DNA of 25,797 nucleotides from a virus (Duplodnaviria; Heunggongvirae; Uroviricota; Caudoviricetes): IMG/VR virus record IMGVR_UViG_2839594473_000019; one strand, 5' to 3'. Shown piece by piece: positions 17,749 to 25,797 of this stretch (position 1 is its first letter; each line of letters starts with the position of its first letter). The notes under the pieces were generated by a model. It saw only the letters and a program-made list of their open reading frames with translations, ran no database searches and was not told where the DNA came from. The position numbers and the translations under genes were made by a program.

Positions 17749-18497
17749 ACTGCTTTCTCCTTCTCAGCACGTTCCTGACGAACCTTCATTTTATGCATAG
17801 CTGCTGGAGAGAGTTTATTACTGAAATCCAGACGGGCCGCATAATCCGGGGCAACTCCCGCCAGTTTAAACACGGGGTCCTGTTCGGGCATCGCATCGTT
17901 AGTCAGAGCCGGTCTGGTGATATGTTTATGAATAAAATCTTTCAGCAGTGTGTCCGGGTCATTAACTGAATGCACCACACCGACAACTGCGCTGGCTTCC
18001 CTGCCCATTGTTGATTTGAGCAGGCTTAGTGTCTGGATTAGTGCTTTTCCATGCGACTGCATAAAATCTTCCCAGATTTGTTTTGCGCGAATACCCACAA
18101 GGGTGTCGTGCGCGTGGATATACTTTCCGGCTAATTCCGCAGCCTCCTGCGGCAAAAGTGCATTTTCGCTTTCCTGAGCCGCCAGCAGCTCATCAAAATC
18201 CTCAAGCGTTTCTCGTCCCAGCGCAATTTCCGTGCGCAGTTTTTTCATTTCCTTTGAGACTACGCCCTGACTTTCACGAAATAGCGTGCGCCACTCCTCA
18301 TTCAGGGCGTTCGTCGTGGCTTCCATTTCAGCGCGGCGCTGGCGGATTGTCGCAATATTATCCGCTGCCGCTTTTTGCTGACGACGTGCTTCAAGCCATG
18401 CAGATTTGGTGGCATTCACTTTCTCAAGCGCCTGTTGCGTCGAAACAGGGATAGAAATTTCAACGATCGGGTTATTGTTCTGTTCTGGGATTGTCAT
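17745..18497 (-). CDS. sid: Sid-like capsid size determination protein
   Basis: 250-aa largely alpha-helical ORF at the head of the ogr/psu operon, size and position matching P4 Sid; Ogr-type binding motifs lie upstream. Confidence 0.65.
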   Translation of the reverse strand: MTIPEQNNNPIVEISIPVSTQQALEKVNATKSAWLEARRQQKAAADNIATIRQRRAEMEATTNALNEEWRTLFRESQGVVSKEMKKLRTEIALGRETLEDFDELLAAQESENALLPQEAAELAGKYIHAHDTLVGIRAKQIWEDFMQSHGKALIQTLSLLKSTMGREASAVVGVVHSVNDPDTLLKDFIHKHITRPALTNDAMPEQDPVFKLAGVAPDYAARLDFSNKLSPAAMHKMKVRQERAEKEKAV

Positions 18498-18530
18498 GTC
18501 AGCACCTAGTGGTTTGTCGTGGTGTCAATT

Positions 18531-18586
18531 GTGCTGTGATGCATACAAAGCTGCCATTGAACGCCATTGTGCGAGCGACAAGACAA
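18531..18586 (-). promoter_or_regulatory. Candidate Delta/Ogr-dependent late promoter (Psid-like) with two TGT-N12-ACA sites
   Basis: TGTGCTGTGATGCATACA (18531-18548) and TGTGCGAGCGACAAGACA (18569-18586) upstream of sid; a third copy at 18751-18768. Confidence 0.5.
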
Positions 18587-19430
18587 AGACTGAACCGCCC
18601 CGGACCTCTTTTGGCTAGCCAGAAAAGGCCTCGTTTAACTAAGGCTGTTTCAGACTTACCTTAACTATTCACTACTATTCACTTAGGTAAAAAAAATAGG
18701 TAATACAGAAGGTTATAAGGTGAAGGGTTGGCATGGCAGTATTCATCGACTGTTCATAACTGTTCACATGGGAATAAAATTATTTATGGTATTTTTTCAT
18801 AATGGGTGGTTTTTTTATTCCTCGTAGCTATTTGTTTTTTGCTCCTCACCACTATTCACCCTTATTCAGGAGTATTCAACAGGCACATAAATAGACTGCA
18901 TGTTTTTGCCGGGGAATAACATTTTCGCCTCTGGCCATGGTGTTGCATTTCATACTGATTTTTATAAAACTAGATCTGTCCGGTTCTTTATGGATTCATT
19001 CGGATATATTTTACGATTTAAGGTGATGTTATTTAATATCAAGGTTTTTATGCAGGCCCAATGTTTATAAGTTGGATGCGATTCAAAAATATGCCCGGAA
19101 ATTGGGGCCTGCAATGCAAGGCCTCGTGTAGAAGTTGTACTGCCTTGCTGTATTGGCGGTGGGGTTAGCACTATCAGGTGCAATGACCCATAGGATAGTA
19201 AACCCTGGGTGAATGGTAGTTCCTATTAATGCTCCTGTATTTATAGTCCGCAGGCATGGTATTTATTATGTCATTTTATATGGTTTAATCGGGCTTTAAA
19301 TTCCATAAAATCAATATGTGACGCTAAATAAAAAATGCGTGCGCAGGTGGTTTATATACACATAATAAGGAACTACCTGAACCCGGATAAATTCATCCGG
19401 ACTGTTGTGGAAATTAAAGAGGGTAGATAA

Positions 19431-19691
19431 ATGCGTAATATTTCTGTGTCTGCGCCAGCTCCTGCTGCGCCATTATTTCCTGTATCGAACCATCATGAGC
19501 GATTTTTACGCCTGCCTGAGGTGATGCACTTATGCGGGTTGTCCCGTTCGACCGTTTACGACCTGATCAGCCGCGATGCGTTTCCGAAGCAGATCCCGCT
19601 TGGCGGTAAAAATGTCGCCTGGGCACAGTCTGAGGTCAGCGCATGGATGGCGGACCGCATCAGCGCCCGTGGGCGGGGATGTGATGCATGA
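19431..19691 (+). CDS. alpA: AlpA/Vis-family excisionase-like DNA-binding regulator (86 aa)
   Basis: …[50 protein letters not shown]… matches the AlpA/Vis HTH pattern; ribosome-binding site GAGGG precedes the ATG. Confidence 0.8.
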   Translation: MRNISVSAPAPAAPLFPVSNHHERFLRLPEVMHLCGLSRSTVYDLISRDAFPKQIPLGGKNVAWAQSEVSAWMADRISARGRGCDA

Positions 19692-19819
19692 TGATACCTG
19701 CATACATTAAATACCTTTATTCTGGCTTGCTTACTGTCGTCATTTCCAGGTATAGTTTTTCCGCTGTCGCAAAATCGGCAGCCGGAATTGGCGTTCCGTA
19801 TAACTTATTGGCGACAATT

Positions 19820-19841
19820 GACGCCCCTTGCGTCTTTTTTT
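19820..19841 (+). terminator. Compact intrinsic terminator/attenuator in the leader between alpA and the alpha operon
   Basis: GACGC-CCCTT-GCGTC hairpin (19820-19834) followed by seven T (19835-19841). Confidence 0.5.
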
Positions 19842-20050
19842 ACGTCGTAGCTCAGGCACAACCATTTTCAGGGCTGTGGTGTTTATGCTTACACCATGGT
19901 TCTATCGAGATAATGGTAGTCCGGGCGGGGCAGCCTTCGGGCTGGCCGGTTTCCAATAAGGCCGGTTACGCCAACCCCGTTCGGGCTGCCACCAGTGAAA
20001 TTGGCGTTTCCGGTGGTAGCAATAACCGCTACTTATTGGAGGCTGCCATC

Positions 20051-20245
20051 ATGGCTACAATCCTCACCCCGTCACACCCGCAATATGTCTTTGTGTTTGC
20101 CGCAATCCGCCGTGCTGACACTCACCCCCGCATCTGTATGCTTCGCACTGTCTCCTGCGATGAGCGTTCCGCGCGCCGTTTGCTAGTCCGAGATTATGTA
20201 CTCTCCCTTTCTGCACGGCTGCCTGCCGGGGAGGTGACGCTATGA
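20051..20245 (+). CDS. Small hypothetical protein (64 aa), first gene of the alpha operon
   Basis: ATG at 20051 preceded by GGAGG (20038-20042); the 19688-20050 part of the ORF-track ORF is judged to be leader RNA. Confidence 0.55.
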   Translation: MATILTPSHPQYVFVFAAIRRADTHPRICMLRTVSCDERSARRLLVRDYVLSLSARLPAGEVTL

Positions 20246-20463
20246 ACCAGTTTGAGATTTCCTACGACGATGTTGTAAGGCTGAAACATTTACGCAATGT
20301 GGGTGAGTATGTAACTGGCATGGCAGCCCTGCAGGACTGTTATGAAAAGCCAGCAGGTGCCCAATGCGAACAACTGGTTTCCCTCATTTATCTGATGACA
20401 GAGCAACTGGATGGAGTGGTGCAACGCTGCCATGACGACCTGATGAATGCGGAGGTGGCCTGA
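20242..20463 (+). CDS. Small hypothetical protein (73 aa)
   Basis: ATGA overlap with the upstream stop and a GGAGG 8 nt before the ATG. Confidence 0.6.
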   Translation: MNQFEISYDDVVRLKHLRNVGEYVTGMAALQDCYEKPAGAQCEQLVSLIYLMTEQLDGVVQRCHDDLMNAEVA

Positions 20464-20786
20464 TGATATGCTGTGAATCTCTTCTGGCACTTCGTGCCGC
20501 TCTGTATCGCCGTGCCGTTGCCTGTGCCTGGCTGGCTCTAAGCAATCATCAGGAACGTTATTCCGGCCTGACGCTCGCTGAACTTGAAGATGCCATAGCC
20601 CGCGAGCTGGAAGGGTTCTATCTGCGCCAGCATGGGCAGCAAAGAGGGCTGGAAATTGCCTGCGCGTTGCTTTCGGATCTGATGGAGTCGGGGCCGCTTA
20701 AAGCCTGTCCGGTTCTCTCACTGCTCGGAATGACGGTCATGGATGAACTTTGTTCCCGTCACCTCAACAAACCAGCGCTGCACTAA
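20463..20786 (+). CDS. Small hypothetical protein (107 aa)
   Basis: TGATG overlap with the upstream stop and an upstream GGAGG. Confidence 0.6.
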   Translation: MICCESLLALRAALYRRAVACAWLALSNHQERYSGLTLAELEDAIARELEGFYLRQHGQQRGLEIACALLSDLMESGPLKACPVLSLLGMTVMDELCSRHLNKPALH

Positions 20787-20799
20787 GGAGGGCCGCACA

Positions 20800-23133
20800 A
20801 TGTCAGGAATGAAAGTTAGCCAGGCTGAGAAAGCAGCTCGGGGTCACTGGTCAAGAATTTTACCTGCGCTGGGCGTAAATGTACTGAAAAATCGGCACCA
20901 GCCCTGCCCGGTCTGTGCCGGGAAAGACCGCTTTCGATTTGATGACCAGGAAGGGCGGGGAACGTGGTTCTGTAACCAGTGCGGGGCAGGTGATGGCCTG
21001 GCGCTTGTAAGTAAAGTACTGGATGTAGGCATTAGTGAAGCGGCAGACAGAATAAACGGCATTATCGGAAACCTGCTGCCAGTATCTCAGGGAATGCTTG
21101 AATCTGGTTCTCCTGAAAAAGAGGACGGGAGAAAAGCTGCAGCAGTGCTGGCTGCCCGTTTGTTTGATAAGTCCCGCCAGACCACTGGCAATGCCTATCT
21201 GACGAGTAAAGGGTTTCCTGCACTGCCTTGCCGGGAATTAACCGCTATGCATAAAGTCGGTGGTGTGGCATTTCGCGCGGGAGATCTTGTCGTTCCATTG
21301 TATGCAGATGGAGAGCTGGTAAATCTGCAGTTAATCAACGCTAATGGGGGCAAATGCTTCCTTAAAGGCGGTCAGGTTAAGAATGCCTTTTACCTGGTTG
21401 AAGGTACTGCCAAAGCAGCCAAACGGCTCTGGATAGCGGAAGGATATGCCACCGCACTTACTATCAACTATCTGACTGGCGATGCTGTCATGGTGGCCTT
21501 TTCGTCCGTCAATTTCCTTTCCCTGGCGAGCATTGCCTGCAGTGAGTACCCAACGCACCAGATAATTATTGCTGCTGACCGCGATCTCAACGGTGCGGGG
21601 CAAACAAGGGGCGCAGCTGTTACCGGGGCCTGCAATTGCACAATGGCGCTCCCGCCTGTGTTTGGTGACTGGAACGATGCATTCACGCAAAACGGCGAAG
21701 AAGCCACCCGGCATGCAATTCATGAAGTAATAAAACCAGCTGTTGCCAGCCCCTTCGACACAATGAGCGAAGCTGAATTTACCGCGCTGAGCGTCAGCGA
21801 AAAAGCGCAGAGGGTAGTGGATCACTATAAAAATTCACTGGCAGTAGACCCGAACGGGCAGCTCCTTTCACGCTATGAGGCGGGGGCCTGGAAAGTTATC
21901 TATTACGCCGATTTTGCCCGTGATGTCGCTGCGCTGTTTCAGCGCCTCGACGCACCTTTTTCATCCGCGAAAATTGCGTCTCTCGTGGAAACCCTCAAAC
22001 TGATCGTTCCGCAACAGCAGAATCCGGCGCGGCAACTTATCGGATTTCGCAACGGTGTGCTCGATACCCGGACAGGATTGTTCAGCCCGCACGATAAGAA
22101 GCACTGGTTACGTACGCTGTGCGAGGTGGATTACACGCAGCCCGTTGACGGTGAGTCACTGGAAACCCATGCCCCGGCATTCTGGCGCTGGCTGGATCGT
22201 GCCGCAGGTTTTAATCCTGAAAAACGGGACATTATTCTGGCTGCATTGTTTATGGTGCTGGCTAACCGTTATGACTGGCAGCTGTTTCTGGAGGTCACTG
22301 GCCCTGGCGGAAGTGGAAAGAGTATTCTTGCTGAAATAGCAACCATGCTGGCGGGTGAAGATAACGCGACCTCGGCAACCATTGAAATGCTTGAGTCGCC
22401 AAGAGAACGAGCTGCGTTAATAGGTTTTTCACTGATTCGACTTCCCGACCAGGAAAAGTGGAGCGGTGACGGGGCCGGACTAAAAGCCATCACTGGCGGC
22501 GATGCGGTATCCGTTGATCCCAAATATCAGAACGCCTATTCAACCCACATCCCGGCGGTCATCCTGGCTGTGAACAATAATCCGATGCGCTTCACTGATC
22601 GTAGTGGTGGAGTTTCACGCCGAAGGGTGATCCTGCATTTCCCCGACCAGATAGCCCCGGAGGAACGCGATACCCAGCTCAAAGAGAAAATTGCCAGTGA
22701 GCTAGCGGTGATTGTTCGCCAGCTTATGCAGCGTTTCAGCGACCCAATGAGTGCCAGGACATTGCTTCAGTCACAGCAGAACTCCGATGAAGCGCTCACC
22801 ATCAAACGTGATGCTGATTCAGCTTTTGATTTTTGCGGCTACCTTGAGGTCCTACCTGACACCACGGGCATGTTTATGGGGAACGCTAATATTGTTCCAC
22901 GTCAGCCTCGAACTTACCTCTACCATGCCTATCTGGTCTACATGGAGGCTAACGGCTATAAAAATACGCTCAGTCTGACCATGTTTGGCAAGGGGCTACC
23001 GTTAATGCTCAAGGAATATGGGCTGCAGTATGAGAAACGACGGACCAATCAAGGAATGCAGACTAATCTGGCCCTAAGAGAGGAAAGCAATGCTGACTGG
23101 TTGCCAAAATGCGATGAGTTTGCAGCGAAATAA
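20800..23133 (+). CDS. P4 alpha-type primase-helicase (777 aa: zinc-binding primase, toprim, SF3 helicase)
   Basis: AAGGAGG before the ATG at 20800; N-terminal C-x2-C…C-x2-C region (CPVCAGKDRFRFDD…WFCNQCG), internal acidic toprim-like segment and Walker A GPGGSGKS; identical in length to recalled P4 alpha. Confidence 0.9.
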   Translation: MSGMKVSQAEKAARGHWSRILPALGVNVLKNRHQPCPVCAGKDRFRFDDQEGRGTWFCNQCGAGDGLALVSKVLDVGISEAADRINGIIGNLLPVSQGMLESGSPEKEDGRKAAAVLAARLFDKSRQTTGNAYLTSKGFPALPCRELTAMHKVGGVAFRAGDLVVPLYADGELVNLQLINANGGKCFLKGGQVKNAFYLVEGTAKAAKRLWIAEGYATALTINYLTGDAVMVAFSSVNFLSLASIACSEYPTHQIIIAADRDLNGAGQTRGAAVTGACNCTMALPPVFGDWNDAFTQNGEEATRHAIHEVIKPAVASPFDTMSEAEFTALSVSEKAQRVVDHYKNSLAVDPNGQLLSRYEAGAWKVIYYADFARDVAALFQRLDAPFSSAKIASLVETLKLIVPQQQNPARQLIGFRNGVLDTRTGLFSPHDKKHWLRTLCEVDYTQPVDGESLETHAPAFWRWLDRAAGFNPEKRDIILAALFMVLANRYDWQLFLEVTGPGGSGKSILAEIATMLAGEDNATSATIEMLESPRERAALIGFSLIRLPDQEKWSGDGAGLKAITGGDAVSVDPKYQNAYSTHIPAVILAVNNNPMRFTDRSGGVSRRRVILHFPDQIAPEERDTQLKEKIASELAVIVRQLMQRFSDPMSARTLLQSQQNSDEALTIKRDADSAFDFCGYLEVLPDTTGMFMGNANIVPRQPRTYLYHAYLVYMEANGYKNTLSLTMFGKGLPLMLKEYGLQYEKRRTNQGMQTNLALREESNADWLPKCDEFAAK

Positions 23134-23140
23134 CTGACCT

Positions 23141-23161
23141 AAGACCGGCTGTGCCGGTCTT
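23141..23161. terminator. Perfect hairpin just downstream of alpha (no U-run)
   Basis: AAGACCGG-CTGTG-CCGGTCTT, 8-bp stem, 8 nt after the alpha stop. Confidence 0.4.
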
Positions 23162-23265
23162 AAATCCGCTACAGGAAATTATCTCAAAATATATATCGAT
23201 AAAATTTAAAAGTTATATGCTAAGGCGTCAGCGGAAAATGCATCTAATTCATTGTTAGATGATGT

Positions 23266-24222
23266 TTATTTTTGAATTGATTTAAACATCCCATCGAGTT
23301 GTAATTTATTTATGTCGGTTTTCTTTATGGCTTTAATTAAGTTTTCAATAACTTCCAAAGAAAAAATTACATCTTTCTTTTCAATTCTAACCCCCCCGTG
23401 GTGGCTGCAAGCATTAAGGATGTCCTTTGTAATTTCAACATCATTTTTCATTAATGGTTCATAGTCCAGAGCCTCAATAACAGAAACTAAACTACCTAGC
23501 ATTTGCTCTTGGTATTGAACGTTGTTTAAATGCATTATACGAATATTAACAAGCATGAGAATATATTCTAAATATCTCCTGGCAGTATTTCCTTTCTCTT
23601 GTAAAGAATCACGATCATATTCCTCAATACTCATGACTTCATTATGTAAAGAGGCTATTTTGTGCTCTGCTAATGAAATATTTATCGCATCCATGAGGTT
23701 TCGTGAGAAGCCTGTAGATGTAACATGACCATTTGCGGGCCTTGTTAAAATACATGTAGTATAGCAATTTATATTTGGGGTCTGGATTGTCTCATTTACT
23801 CTTTTAACCGTTCTATAAACGTCTACCATATAAGAACCTGAGTTTTCAAATGAACATGAAGAGCATTTTGTATTATATATTCTATTTAGAGATAACTGAT
23901 TGTGATAGTATCCCTTTAAGAAAGCATATATAGTGTCATTAAACTCGACAAACACAACGGACTCAATATATATATGGAATTTATCATTGGGGTGCCACTC
24001 TAATTCAAGTCTTCTTGTAGAGTCATCAAAGGAAAAGTTTGAAATAAAATCCCAGTTACCTAAATCTATAAAATCAACGATATTTCTACCTGCACCATGG
24101 ATATTTTTATTTATTAAAGTTGTGATTGAGTTTTTTATAATGTCCCAATCATGAATTTCATGATCGAATTTATTATTGATGGTTTCTTTTATTTGATTGG
24201 AAAAGTTTGAATAACTAGTCAC
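23266..24222 (-). CDS. Orphan AT-rich hypothetical protein (318 aa) between alpha and the att repeat
   Basis: Long ORF in strongly AT-rich DNA; GTG start with GAGG 8 nt upstream; no recognisable motif. Confidence 0.6.
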   Translation of the reverse strand: MTSYSNFSNQIKETINNKFDHEIHDWDIIKNSITTLINKNIHGAGRNIVDFIDLGNWDFISNFSFDDSTRRLELEWHPNDKFHIYIESVVFVEFNDTIYAFLKGYYHNQLSLNRIYNTKCSSCSFENSGSYMVDVYRTVKRVNETIQTPNINCYTTCILTRPANGHVTSTGFSRNLMDAINISLAEHKIASLHNEVMSIEEYDRDSLQEKGNTARRYLEYILMLVNIRIMHLNNVQYQEQMLGSLVSVIEALDYEPLMKNDVEITKDILNACSHHGGVRIEKKDVIFSLEVIENLIKAIKKTDINKLQLDGMFKSIQK

Positions 24223-24752
24223 TTGTTAGCCTCAAAATTAATAATGAGTATTAAAATTTAATTGATATTGTCTATAAAATGTAGCGATGCAATTTTATTG
24301 CAACGAAATGATTTTTACAACATACCATTATCGCTAAACAAAATCGCACCCATCAAATCAACTTACGTTACAATCACTACAAAGCGATTGCATTTAAATT
24401 CAAAACAGTTTTCTGTTGGGCGCATTTTTTGTTGTACTGGACTAAAGAGAAAAAATGGGGTAAGGAACAAATACCTTCCGTGCTCAAAAATTAGGTTTTT
24501 ATGCACTTATTAATCAGTCAAGGTGAACAGTAAAGTGTTCACTTCTTATCAATCGTTAATTTCATATCTTTTTGAATATTAATGAAAAAAAACACAATGA
24601 GTAGTATGAACAGTTTTCCCCCAAAAAAAGTTTTTTCTGCCTTGAGAATGCGCGGAAAGCGAACGCCTTCACCAATGTGTATAGGGGTGTGTGTAGTTTA
24701 AATCTTCTATTTTAATTTATGTATTAAAATCATTGTGTTGGTGGCGATTATT

Positions 24753-24771
24753 GGTTCCTATTATCGCACCA
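24753..24771 (+). repeat. Degenerate tRNA-Thr 3'-end repeat (attR-side core of the P4-like element)
   Basis: GGTTCCTATTATCGCACCA resembles the 3' end of the tRNA-Thr fragment at 11861-11885 (GGTTCGACTCCTATTATCGGCACCA) with small deletions; a weaker related copy lies at about 24325-24360. Confidence 0.5.
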
Positions 24772-24897
24772 TTTAAATCAAGTAGTTACCCCATATTTAA
24801 ATACACCACGTTTCCTCCTGTGCCGCATTTGTGCCATTGTAACCCTGGCAATTAATCAAAATACTGTTCTGACATCAGGCAATGCAGGTGCAGACAT

Positions 24898-25797
24898 TTA
24901 AGCCAATTGCTGCCGCCATTCCTTAACGTGGTCAATCAGAGCGCGGAGCTTTGGTGCAATATTGCGACGCTGTGGGAAATACAGATAGAAGCCCGGAAAT
25001 TGTGGAAGAAAGTCATCAAGCAGAGATACAAGCTTACCGCTTTCAATATACGGCCTGAAAGTTTCCTGAGTGGCAATTGTTATTCCTCCGCCGGCAAGAG
25101 CCAGCCTCAACATCAGACGCAGATCATTAGTCGTAATCTGCGGTTCAATCGCAAGGTCGAAAGCTCTCCCGTTTTCTTCAAATGGCCAGCGATAAGGCGC
25201 AACCTCCGGGGACTGACGCCAGCCGATACACTTATGATTCACAAGTTCACGCGGATGAACAGGTGTGCTGTTGGCTGCGAGATAGGAGGGAGAGGCAACG
25301 ACCATTTCACGCTGCCTGCCGGTAAGGGGCACAGCAATCATGTCTTTTTCAATGACCTCTCCGAGCCTTACGCCAGCATCGTAACCTGCGGCCACGATAT
25401 CGAATTCCTCATCCGTGACAACAATATCAAGCGTAACGGCTGGATTGGCTGCTGCAAACGAAGCGATTAGCGGACCTGAAAGAAATTCTTCAGCTATTGA
25501 CGTCACCGCGATTCTGAGAAGTCCGCGTGGCACATGGTCAGAAACCATCTCTTCGAACGCTGCCTCAATACCGGATAAAGGTAATGACAGCGATTTATGC
25601 AGCCGTTCTCCCGCTTCTGTCAAATTAACTGAGCGCGTGGTCCGCATTACAAGCATTGTCCCGAATGCATCTTCAAGGCGTCTTATTCCCTGACTGACCG
25701 CTGAACGGGTAACGCCCAGCCGTGCGGCGGCTTTACTAAAATTACTCTCTTCTGCTACCGCGATAAAAATGGGTAAAAGATTAAGATCGATTTTCAT
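24898..25797 (-). CDS. LysR-family transcriptional regulator (299 aa), probable chromosomal flank
   Basis: N-terminal HTH (MKIDLNLLPIFIAVAEESNFSKAAARLGVTRSAVSQGIRRLE) and LysR substrate-binding-type C-terminal region; base composition like the core genome; start codon at the window edge. Confidence 0.85.
   Translation of the reverse strand: MKIDLNLLPIFIAVAEESNFSKAAARLGVTRSAVSQGIRRLEDAFGTMLVMRTTRSVNLTEAGERLHKSLSLPLSGIEAAFEEMVSDHVPRGLLRIAVTSIAEEFLSGPLIASFAAANPAVTLDIVVTDEEFDIVAAGYDAGVRLGEVIEKDMIAVPLTGRQREMVVASPSYLAANSTPVHPRELVNHKCIGWRQSPEVAPYRWPFEENGRAFDLAIEPQITTNDLRLMLRLALAGGGITIATQETFRPYIESGKLVSLLDDFLPQFPGFYLYFPQRRNIAPKLRALIDHVKEWRQQLA

Larger units (their letters stand above)
11840..24771 (+). 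mobile_element. P4-like satellite prophage / integrative element (about 12.9 kb)
   Basis: att repeat - P4-type integrase - cargo - ogr/psu/sid (minus strand) - alpA/vis-like - small coupled ORFs - alpha primase-helicase - orphan ORF - degenerate att repeat; no capsid, tail or lysis genes. Confidence 0.8.

Noticed and set aside
17185-18618. Plus-strand ORFs antisense to psu and sid (17185..17388, 17250..17474, 17950..18177, 18083..18454, 18406..18618)
   Set aside because: Overlap the coupled sid-psu frames; GC-rich antisense artefacts.
18962-19183. 73-aa minus-strand ORF in the sid-alpA intergenic region
   Set aside because: Isolated in AT-rich promoter DNA with no ribosome-binding site or motif; the region is better explained as regulatory.
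19688-20050. The first ~120 codons of the 185-aa ORF 19688..20245
   Set aside because: No ribosome-binding site at 19688, the stretch contains a terminator-like hairpin with a U-run and GC-rich hairpins, and a strong GGAGG-ATG start exists at 20051; treated as leader RNA.
20844-22978. Antisense and alternative-frame ORFs inside alpha (20844..21062, 21331..21825, 21468..21707, 22055..22339, 22269..22523, 22751..22978)
   Set aside because: All lie within the continuous 777-aa primase-helicase frame.
24262-24513. 83-aa plus-strand ORF in the AT-rich region near the att repeat
   Set aside because: No start context or motif; the region contains the degenerate att-like repeats.

Overview
Mosaic accessory region of an Escherichia/Shigella-type chromosome, called from sequence reading and recalled protein/DNA families only (no database search was run). 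Three parts: (1) 1-~9760, a heavily deleted lambda-immunity prophage remnant: a 5'-truncated integrase joined by deletion to a lambda N fragment that is split by an IS629-like element (951-2260, 3-bp CGA target duplication); nutL, OL/pL, an unrecognised ORF in the rexAB slot, cI, OR, cro, nutR, cII and oop all present; O carries a fifth ori iteron (23-bp duplication) that frameshifts it; P is cut after 21 codons and fused to a tail-gene fragment; then an e14/Mu-type invertible tail-fibre segment with pix-like sites and a Pin invertase, a GIY-YIG nuclease gene and a partial tRNA-Ser(CGA). (2) ~9760-11840: an AT-rich AraC-family regulator, an IS2-like fragment and a partial tRNA-Thr(CGU). (3) ~11840-24771, a P4-like satellite prophage: integrase, AT-rich cargo operon, ogr/delta-like, psu, sid, alpA/vis-like, three small coupled ORFs, alpha primase-helicase, an orphan 318-aa ORF and a degenerate att repeat; a LysR-family regulator follows at 24898-25797. 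The main candidate system is the cargo operon at 13233-16509, sitting where P4 carries cII-beta-gop: a PD-(D/E)xK-like nuclease, a small protein and an SMC/Rad50-like ATPase, an architecture resembling Lamassu, but with its reading frames broken at three points.
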